Virus record (IMG/VR): IMGVR_UViG_3300020037_009485
Strand: one strand, 5' to 3'
Source of the DNA: an uncultured virus (IMG/VR IMGVR_UViG_3300020037_009485)
Taxonomy: Duplodnaviria; Heunggongvirae; Uroviricota; Caudoviricetes
Length of the DNA: 20,000 nucleotides
Shown here: one piece after another, positions 13,382 through 20,000 of the stretch
Layout: every line of letters begins with the position of its first letter
Numbering within the stretch: position 1 is the first letter of the stretch
Made by a program: the position numbers and the translations under genes
The notes under the pieces: generated by a model
What the model was told of the DNA's origin: nothing
Databases searched by the model: none
Seen by the model: the letters and a program-made list of their open reading frames with translations, nothing else

Positions 13382-16300
13382 TTATAGAATTATAGTTACA
13401 CCGTTTATCTTTTCTAAAGATATAATATGCTCTGGTAAATCTTTAATTTCATCTAAATGTGAAACAACTACAATGTTGTAATACTGTTCTTTCAATCGAA
13501 CTAACAGAGGTTTAATTTGTTGTAGATTCTCTTTGTCTAAAGTGTTGAATACCTCATCTAACATCAGCAATGAAGGTTTTGGGAGTAAAGATATCTTAGT
13601 TAAAGTAGCTCTTATTGCTAAATTAATAATAGTTCCTTCCATACCTGAAGCTTGTGAAATATCTCTTTTACCCTTACCTTTGTTTAACAACTCATCGTAA
13701 TAAAAAGAAATGTCTAATTTATTATCAACAAGTTCAAACTTAATGTTTAAATCAAATAAGTCATTAACTTGATTGTTAATCTCAGAATTAATCTCAGGGA
13801 TATATGTCTCTAAAATTAAAGAAGGTATTCCTGTTCTATGCATCCCTTTCTTATATAATTGTAACCCTTTAATATTCCCTTCTTCTTTTCTTAAACTTTC
13901 AATCTTTTCATCGTATTTTAAACATTCACTTGAAATAATGTTCAATTCTTTATCTATAAAAAGAATTTGAGATTCAATTTGTTGTTGTTCTTTTGTAAGA
14001 GTTTTTATTTGAGATTGATTGAAAATAATTTTTGACTCATGTTTCTCTTTCTTCTCTAATTTCAATTTGTTATCGTTAACAATTGAAATTTGTTGCTCTA
14101 AATTCTCTTTTTTATTTAAAGCTAATTCTAATCTAGAACAAATTAAAGATATTTCTGTTTTAGTTTCTTTATAAGAAGCTTGTTGTTCTTTAATTTTTTT
14201 ATGTTCTGTTTCTATATTTTGAACTAATTCTTTAATAGTTGCTAACTCTTTTGTTTTCGATTCTATATCTTTTCTAATTTGTTCTTTATCAATTCTATTA
14301 CGAACTTGACTACAAGTAGGGCAAATTTCTGAAGATAATTGATCTTCTAATGATTTTAAATCAATACGTAATTGTATTATATTTTCTTTTTCTTTACTTA
14401 AATCAGGAAAAGGAAAAGGACTTTCTATACTTGTTTCAAATTTCCAATTTGAAAGTAAAAGTTTCTCTTTGCTTTCTAAAGTTTTTAATTGTAAAGTTTT
14501 AGATTTTAAATCCTCATCAATAACGTTTAATTCTCTTTTCAAATCAACTAAAGACTTAGTAATATCAATAATATTAAGAGCTTTAATTTTAGCTTCTAAT
14601 TCAGAATTCCAGTATTGATGTTTTTCAATTTCAACTTTTAAAGCTATACTTTTTTGTTGATTTTCTTTTCTCTCAATTTCTAATTCTTTCTTTCTATCTT
14701 GTAAAACATTTAAAGGGGTTAGTTTCTCTAACTCTTCTTGAAGTTTTTCATATAAGTAACTATTCTTTTTAAGATCTTCATCACATAACTTTAACTTTTG
14801 ATCATAGATAGAAATACCTAAAAATTTCATAATTAAATCTAATCGTTCTGAATTTTTAGATTTAGAAAATTCATCTAAGTTTGTTGCAGTACATAAAACA
14901 GTTGTTAAAAATACTTCTTTCGTACCTAAAAGTTTACGCAAAACTTTATTATCTGTTTGAGGTCTACTTTCTTCATGTCTTGCTACTTCTTTACCTTCAA
15001 CTGTCTCATAAACTTCTAGTTTAATTTTTCCACCTGTTGATGTTGGTATAATAGTTCTTTTAATTCTCCAAGAAACACCGTTAATGTTTAACTTAACTTG
15101 TACATATGCTTGAGTGTTCTCTGGCATTTGATCGTTAATCAATGAAGAAATAGATGATACTCCTTTCAAAGTATCATTAAAACAACAAAATAATACACTA
15201 GATAAAATAGAAGATTTACCCCATCTGTTTGGAGAAAATAAACCTGTTAAACCATGCAATGAAGCAAAGTTTAAAACATTTTTTGAACCGTAACATAAAA
15301 AGTTTTCGATTTCAACTTCTTCAATATAATATTCTCCAATTTGATAATCTGAACTGTCTACTAGTTTATTGTAATGCTTATCAATTAGTTTTAACTCTTC
15401 TATTTGTTCTTTACTTAAACCTTGATCTTCATAAAATTTATTAAAAAAATCTATTGACGTGTCTGTTAATGTTTTAGTCCTAGTTTTAGATGTTTTACTC
15501 TTCTTAAAACGTTTTTGTAAAATAATATCGTTAGGAAACTTTAACTTTAAATCTTTTCTTAATTCGTAGAACTTAATCGTTGAAAAATCTTCTTCTGTCC
15601 CTACATATAAAAGTCTAAGTATAAATTTATTTGTTGGAATAGTAACTTCATCTACATTGAAAGTATCTAAGTTTTGTATTTCATAGGTTCTAAAACCATA
15701 ATCATTTTGTAATTTATGAAATGCAGACTCATACTTATCTCCTTTCAAAGACCAGATTAAAACTCCTTTTTCTTCTGCTTCTGAAATATTAACTTGCAAC
15801 CATGAACCGCTATAAGCAATTTCATTGTTTCTAAAATATTGTCTTTTATGAATATCACCTAACATAACAATATCACAAAGTGCAAATTCATCAATAGAAA
15901 TCTCTGTAGAGGTTAACACCCAATCTGAATCAGTAGTACAACCTTTAACTGCACCATGATAACATCCTATCGTAGTTCTTTCTTTCTTCCAACTAGATGC
16001 AACTTCAAACGGGTTTTTCTTATCAATGCATGACCACACAACCCAGTCAATATCATACACAGTATAAATCCCTGTATCTTTCAAATAATAAATTGGATGT
16101 GTTGCATTGATATTGTCAACAATAGGTGTTAATGAATCTAAACTACCTGATTGTTTCAAATCTAAATCATGATTACCTGGAATCATAACTATTGGACATA
16201 AGTTAGATATTTGATAAAAGAAATGAGTCACAACTTCTACTTGTTCAGGTGTTAAACGCGCCTTACTGTCAACAACATCTCCTCCTACATACACTAAATC

Positions 16301-16426
16301 TACTTTTTCCTGTACAATTAAAGAACATAATTTATTAATTTGTTCTTTAAACTCTTGATGTCTTTTTTTTGAAAAGATATGAATGTCAGCAAGATGTAAA
16401 ATTTTATTAGGTTGTTTGATAGTCAT
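13382..16426 (-). CDS. Fused Mre11/SbcD-like nuclease and Rad50/SbcC-like ABC ATPase (gp47-gp46-like recombination nuclease)
   Basis: Metallophosphoesterase motifs HLADIH, GGDVVD, PGNHD, YHG and LGDIH. ATPase motifs IEIENF-like start (VEIENF), Walker A SPNRWGKS, coiled coils with zinc hook CPTC (14312-14323), signature ASGME, Walker B LLMLDE, D-loop NTLD and H-loop VVSH. One uninterrupted 1014-aa frame. Confidence 0.93.
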   Translation of the reverse strand: MTIKQPNKILHLADIHIFSKKRHQEFKEQINKLCSLIVQEKVDLVYVGGDVVDSKARLTPEQVEVVTHFFYQISNLCPIVMIPGNHDLDLKQSGSLDSLTPIVDNINATHPIYYLKDTGIYTVYDIDWVVWSCIDKKNPFEVASSWKKERTTIGCYHGAVKGCTTDSDWVLTSTEISIDEFALCDIVMLGDIHKRQYFRNNEIAYSGSWLQVNISEAEEKGVLIWSLKGDKYESAFHKLQNDYGFRTYEIQNLDTFNVDEVTIPTNKFILRLLYVGTEEDFSTIKFYELRKDLKLKFPNDIILQKRFKKSKTSKTRTKTLTDTSIDFFNKFYEDQGLSKEQIEELKLIDKHYNKLVDSSDYQIGEYYIEEVEIENFLCYGSKNVLNFASLHGLTGLFSPNRWGKSSILSSVLFCCFNDTLKGVSSISSLINDQMPENTQAYVQVKLNINGVSWRIKRTIIPTSTGGKIKLEVYETVEGKEVARHEESRPQTDNKVLRKLLGTKEVFLTTVLCTATNLDEFSKSKNSERLDLIMKFLGISIYDQKLKLCDEDLKKNSYLYEKLQEELEKLTPLNVLQDRKKELEIERKENQQKSIALKVEIEKHQYWNSELEAKIKALNIIDITKSLVDLKRELNVIDEDLKSKTLQLKTLESKEKLLLSNWKFETSIESPFPFPDLSKEKENIIQLRIDLKSLEDQLSSEICPTCSQVRNRIDKEQIRKDIESKTKELATIKELVQNIETEHKKIKEQQASYKETKTEISLICSRLELALNKKENLEQQISIVNDNKLKLEKKEKHESKIIFNQSQIKTLTKEQQQIESQILFIDKELNIISSECLKYDEKIESLRKEEGNIKGLQLYKKGMHRTGIPSLILETYIPEINSEINNQVNDLFDLNIKFELVDNKLDISFYYDELLNKGKGKRDISQASGMEGTIINLAIRATLTKISLLPKPSLLMLDEVFNTLDKENLQQIKPLLVRLKEQYYNIVVVSHLDEIKDLPEHIISLEKINGVTIIL

Positions 16427-17297
16427 ATATTTGCTTATTTGTATATATTGCTTGTATTGTTTCTACTAATTGTAATTTGTTTTTTAGAAAAGATTCATTT
16501 ATATCTTTTCCTTTAAAAGGTAATTGAATTACTTTCTTACAAACAGAATATAATTGTTTATATAATTGTTTCTTTACTCGCGGGTTCAAATCATTATCCA
16601 TTGCTAATACTACAGTAGTGTTAGAAAGATATGTTAATAATTCTTTAGAAACACTTACCCCTAATAAAGGGATTGCATTAGGTATAGATAATGCATCGTA
16701 AACACCTTCTGTTAAAAAAACAGGGGAACGTTTATCGATAAATGTTTCATAGAAGCAAAAAAACGTATCTTTTTTATTAACTGTGTATTTTTTTGTTTTC
16801 AAATTATGAGAAACAAAACAATTTACCTCTTCATGTTCATCATATGATGGAAATATAATACAGTCTTTAAACTTTCCAGAATAACAATATTTAATATTTC
16901 TTTCCTTAATTTTTTCTTCTATCAACCCACGACTTAATAAGTATTGTTTAGCTTGCTCATTATTACATGCATTAGTAATATACTTAGGTAATGAGAAAAT
17001 TCTTTCATACTCTAAACTTTCTTCCTTATTAAAATCGTGAATTTTTTTATCTGAGAATAAATCAATATATTCCTTATACCCTTTTTCTTTGATTAACTTA
17101 GAAATATGTCCAGAATACCTACAAGCCCAACAGTTGAAAATATTACTTTGAGTGTTTATTTCTAAGTTAAACTTCCCTGGACTAGAACCTGCTTTCAAAC
17201 AATGAGGACAATCAAATTGTAATTGATGTCCTCTTAGTTTATATTCCCCTAAAGGTTTTAAAGCTCTTATATATTGTGCAATAGCAATTTTACTCAT
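16407..17297 (-). CDS. DnaG-like DNA primase (zinc-binding and TOPRIM domains)
   Basis: Zinc ribbon CPHC...FNCWAC, then YLLSRG, IIFP, TOPRIM LTEGVYDAL and MDND, and KDINE. Confidence 0.88.
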   Translation of the reverse strand: MSKIAIAQYIRALKPLGEYKLRGHQLQFDCPHCLKAGSSPGKFNLEINTQSNIFNCWACRYSGHISKLIKEKGYKEYIDLFSDKKIHDFNKEESLEYERIFSLPKYITNACNNEQAKQYLLSRGLIEEKIKERNIKYCYSGKFKDCIIFPSYDEHEEVNCFVSHNLKTKKYTVNKKDTFFCFYETFIDKRSPVFLTEGVYDALSIPNAIPLLGVSVSKELLTYLSNTTVVLAMDNDLNPRVKKQLYKQLYSVCKKVIQLPFKGKDINESFLKNKLQLVETIQAIYTNKQIYDYQTT

Positions 17298-17884
17298 ATT
17301 ATTTTTTTACTGTTAAGATAACCGTACCCACAAATATATGAATCTGCCATGTCTTTACACCATTCCTCATATACAACATTACCTTTGTTTTTACCTTTGC
17401 TTATAGTTTTAGTTGTATAATAACTTTGTAAAGTTGGTAAAGTTAAATCAAAACAAAAATCTTTCTCTTTTTGACCTCTCATCTTAGCTAACGTTCGTAT
17501 TTTTATCCCTGGAAAGCAATTTTTACGAGCTTCATTCACAGTCATAGTGTTTACTTTAATATTATTCTTAGTAGTTATCAATTGATAACCAAAGTTAATA
17601 GCAGTTAAAACTTGAACAGTTGTTGCTGATGATCCGCCACCTGTGAAAGCTTTGAAAGCTTCCTCTATAACCATTTCTGTAATATTATATTCTGCAATTA
17701 GTTTTACTAAAAGTTTTTCATATTCTAAAGTTCTTTCAATTAATGTTTTCTTTTCATCATGAAGAAACTTGTCGATTTTCAGTAATTCTTTCGTCTTCAA
17801 ATCAAAAATTGAATAACCGATTACTTTAGATGATGCATCTAAAGCTAGTAAACATTCGTTTTTATTTATCATTTTGCAATACAT
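17294..17884 (-). CDS. RuvC-like Holliday junction resolvase
   Basis: RNase H-fold acidic motifs LALDASSKVIGYSI, MVIEE and DMADSY. The true start may be the ATG at 17872. Confidence 0.85.
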   Translation of the reverse strand: MYCKMINKNECLLALDASSKVIGYSIFDLKTKELLKIDKFLHDEKKTLIERTLEYEKLLVKLIAEYNITEMVIEEAFKAFTGGGSSATTVQVLTAINFGYQLITTKNNIKVNTMTVNEARKNCFPGIKIRTLAKMRGQKEKDFCFDLTLPTLQSYYTTKTISKGKNKGNVVYEEWCKDMADSYICGYGYLNSKKII

Positions 17885-18263
17885 CTATTACTGTAGTAAA
17901 CTCTTTTACAATTTCATTCATTTTTGATAGGTCAAAGAATTCTACAAGCTTGTCGTCTAATTTTTGAACTTTTAATTTCATTTCTTCTTCAAGAAGAAGG
18001 GAAATATTATCGTAATCTTCAACAAAGACCCTTACACGTAAACAATTATTCTTACTTCTGTAAGCACTTACACTATTAACAATATTTGTAAAATCTTTTA
18101 TTGTATCATTTACTTTATTAAACTCAATCTCAGCTAAAGTATTACCTTCACGTCTTACAACATTATAGTAAATTTTATCTTCACTTTGTTTTACTTTAAT
18201 AAACAAAGAATCATAATGCCAAGGACGAGAAATTACTTTCACTACTTTGTTAAGTTTAGACAT
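17862..18263 (-). CDS. Hypothetical protein, first gene of the leftward replication/recombination operon
   Basis: 133-aa ORF with an A-rich leader and a promoter motif at 18281-18311. Confidence 0.7.
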   Translation of the reverse strand: MSKLNKVVKVISRPWHYDSLFIKVKQSEDKIYYNVVRREGNTLAEIEFNKVNDTIKDFTNIVNSVSAYRSKNNCLRVRVFVEDYDNISLLLEEEMKLKVQKLDDKLVEFFDLSKMNEIVKEFTTVIDVLQNDK

Positions 18264-18280
18264 TTATTTATTTTTTTATA

Positions 18281-18311
18281 TAAAATTGTTCATTTTCCTT
18301 GTTGTTCACAA
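18281..18311 (-). promoter_or_regulatory. Leftward promoter TTG-N20-CAATTTTA
   Basis: TTG at 18309-18311, a 20-nt spacer, then CAATTTTA at 18281-18288, 17 nt before the ATG at 18263. Confidence 0.6.
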
Positions 18312-18329
18312 TAAAAAAAAACAGTTTTA
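18299..18329 (+). promoter_or_regulatory. Rightward promoter TTG-N20-CAGTTTTA
   Basis: TTG at 18299-18301, a 20-nt spacer, then CAGTTTTA at 18322-18329, 7 nt before the ATG at 18337. Confidence 0.55.
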
Positions 18330-18336
18330 CCACCAA

Positions 18337-19380
18337 ATGAGTAAACCATTTAATAAAAACACAATTCTTTATCCACCAACAGTTGTTCCATTTATAGCTG
18401 AAAAGGGAGAATTGAAATATTTTGTTTTATGGTTGAAGTTAAAACGTAGACATGTAAGCGGACATTCTCATTCTTTTATGAGCAAACCTTCATGGTACCC
18501 AGGTTCGAAGGAAACTTATCGAAGACATCTTAATAAGATGATTGAATTAGGTTGGGTTAAACGAGATAGTAAAGGTTTTAGGTTAATAAGCTTAAAAAAA
18601 CTTTATAAATTAGAATATATAAAACATAATAACATACAAGATGAAAGTCAAATAGAAATTTCATTTAATAGATTTGTTTCTATTAATAATGATTCTTTCC
18701 AAAACTTATTGTATGAATTTCAAAAAATCGTAGTAAGAACAAACTACGATCAACAAATCTATAATATTACTGACTTTGTCGTCAAACTACAGAAAATCCA
18801 TTGTGAGAAGCTAAAAGAGAAGTATAAAAAACATCTCTTGAAGTACAATTTTAAACATGTCTGTAGATTAGCTGACTTAGAACGTAGTAATAGAACAAAT
18901 CTTTCTTCGAAAGGTTTAGGTAAATTGTTTGGTAAAAGTTCAGGGTTTGGGCATCAATTTATGCACAAGTTAATTGATGATAAGTTTATTATTCGTCAAG
19001 TGCAAACTAAATATATCCCTGTTTCTGCAGCTTTACACAAGCAATTTGATTCTACTGTTTATTATTCTACTTTCATTTCTAAAGGTAAAATGTATAAGAA
19101 GAAAACAAGTATTATGTTAACTTCTTATTTGAAAGAAAATGAAATAGAACAATATCAAGGTATTAAACAAAGAAGAAAAGAAAGAGAAAAGAAAGAAAGA
19201 GAAAGATTGGAAAATTTAAAAAAATTAAGTTTACCAAATAAATCTCCTTTCTCTAATTATCACTTTTGCAATAGCAATTTTCTTTATAGTTCAGAAAAAG
19301 AAATGAACCAATTGAAGAGAAACATTGCGAACATTGCAAATACTCTTAATTCTTTAAAAGAACAATATAATCTTCTTTAA
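18337..19380 (+). CDS. Basic tandem winged-HTH DNA-binding protein, possible replication initiator or regulator (start revised to the ATG at 18337)
   Basis: Two wHTH-like segments: SKETYRRHLNKMIELGWVKR and LSSKGLGKLFGKSSGFGHQFMHKLIDDKFIIR. The ORF-track TTG start (18247) overlaps the divergent gene and both promoters. Confidence 0.6.
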   Translation: MSKPFNKNTILYPPTVVPFIAEKGELKYFVLWLKLKRRHVSGHSHSFMSKPSWYPGSKETYRRHLNKMIELGWVKRDSKGFRLISLKKLYKLEYIKHNNIQDESQIEISFNRFVSINNDSFQNLLYEFQKIVVRTNYDQQIYNITDFVVKLQKIHCEKLKEKYKKHLLKYNFKHVCRLADLERSNRTNLSSKGLGKLFGKSSGFGHQFMHKLIDDKFIIRQVQTKYIPVSAALHKQFDSTVYYSTFISKGKMYKKKTSIMLTSYLKENEIEQYQGIKQRRKEREKKERERLENLKKLSLPNKSPFSNYHFCNSNFLYSSEKEMNQLKRNIANIANTLNSLKEQYNLL

Positions 19381-19469
19381 CTTTGCTTCTCTTATAGAGA
19401 GTTAAGATTTTAAAAATTATTGGTTTCATTACTGTTTCAAAGATTATTTTAAAATAGATGGATAAACTA

Positions 19470-19500
19470 TTGTCTTTTATCTAAAAAAAGCATAAATTTA
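19470..19500 (+). promoter_or_regulatory. Bacteroidota sigma70-like promoter TTG-N20-TAAATTTA
   Basis: TTG at 19470-19472, a 20-nt spacer, then TAAATTTA at 19493-19500, upstream of the dUTPase. Confidence 0.6.
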
Positions 19501-19513
19501 CAAACAAAATTAA

Positions 19514-19972
19514 ATGTTTATAGGACTAATGCAAATTAATATTAAAAAAAATCACCCTGATGCTGTGATTCCTTCTTATGCAAAAGCAGGTGATGCAGGG
19601 ATGGATTTAACAGCAGTATCTAAAGAAGGTGGTAGTAATTATATTGAATATGATACTGGTTTAGCTTTAGAAATACCTCCAGGGTTTGTAGGGTTAATCT
19701 TTCCAAGAAGCTCTGTTTACAAAACAGGTCAAGTTTTATCAAATTGCGTAGGTGTAATCGATTCAGGGTATAGAGGAAACGTTAAAGTAAAATTTTATAC
19801 TGAACATACTACTGTTGCAGGTCAATCATATGTTAAAGGTGAAGTTTATAAGGTGGGGGACAGAGTTGCTCAGTTAATTATTTTACCTTACCCTCAAGTT
19901 TTATTTAAAGAAGTGAATGAATTATCTTTAACTGAAAGAGGAGAAGGTGGCTTTGGTTCTACAGGGAACTAG
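19514..19972 (+). CDS. dut: Trimeric dUTPase
   Basis: All five motifs are present: AGMDL, PRSS, GVIDSGYRG, GDRVAQL and RGEGGFGSTG. An alternative start lies at 19529. Confidence 0.97.
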   Translation: MFIGLMQINIKKNHPDAVIPSYAKAGDAGMDLTAVSKEGGSNYIEYDTGLALEIPPGFVGLIFPRSSVYKTGQVLSNCVGVIDSGYRGNVKVKFYTEHTTVAGQSYVKGEVYKVGDRVAQLIILPYPQVLFKEVNELSLTERGEGGFGSTGN

Positions 19973-20000
19973 TTAAAATAGTAATAGACTAATAAAATTA

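Noticed and set aside
2035..15444. Six plus-strand ORFs in the track (2035-2313, 7043-7243, 7955-8179, 10694-10900, 13773-13970, 15229-15444)
   Set aside because: All lie antisense to longer, well-supported minus-strand genes and have the S/F/L-rich composition expected of shadow frames. None has a recognisable motif.
18247..18336. 30-codon N-terminal extension of the wHTH ORF with a hydrophobic, TM-like look
   Set aside because: It starts at a TTG inside the divergent gene and spans both promoters. The hydrophobicity comes from T-rich intergenic DNA, so the ATG at 18337 is preferred.
19169..19206. 38-nt purine-only tract, considered as possible iterons or triplex DNA
   Set aside because: Fully explained by coding for the charged helix RRKEREKKERER, with no regular repeat unit.
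19321..19340. Short tandem AACATTGCG/AACATTGCA as possible origin iterons
   Set aside because: Only two 9-nt copies, encoding NIANIAN. Too weak to call an origin.
19381..19469. Possible ncRNA or terminator between the wHTH gene and the dUTPase
   Set aside because: Only 5-6 bp AT-rich stems were found, with no convincing structure or tRNA-like fold.
1..20000. Stop-codon reassignment as in some large or crAss-like phages
   Set aside because: Standard-code ORFs tile the window with intact motifs. TAG ends the dUTPase right after motif 5, and TGA ends genes at ATGA overlaps.
1..20000. Eukaryotic giant-virus (NCLDV) origin suggested by the Mre11-Rad50 fusion, RuvC and dUTPase
   Set aside because: Operon-style overlaps, intrinsic terminators, bacterial promoter motifs, ClpP, a DnaG-like primase and a spanin-like gene all indicate a bacteriophage.

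Overview
AT-rich, densely packed segment of a large tailed dsDNA phage, most likely infecting Bacteroidota. The evidence is TTG-N20-YAnnTTTA promoters resembling the Bacteroidota sigma70 consensus, no evident Shine-Dalgarno sites, TAATG stop/start overlaps and intrinsic terminators. Genes from 1 to 18263 lie on the minus strand. They include a ClpP-like protease, an AAA+ ATPase ending in IGF, a dCTP-deaminase-like dUTPase-family enzyme, a PMVK/dNMP-kinase-like P-loop kinase, a PD-(D/E)xK nuclease, a spanin-like protein, a single-chain Mre11/SbcD-Rad50/SbcC fusion, a DnaG-like primase and a RuvC-like resolvase. Four mosaic proteins (702, 744, 340 and 581 aa) are built from short unrelated modules joined by recurrent [L/I/V/M]-x-E linkers resembling T4-type prohead-protease sites. 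They look like capsid-packaged polyproteins, and DNA repeats at the linkers suggest module shuffling. After a strand switch with two overlapping divergent promoters, the plus strand encodes a tandem winged-HTH protein and a canonical dUTPase. No tRNA, rRNA, CRISPR array or IS element was seen. All assignments come from manual motif reading; no database searches were run.
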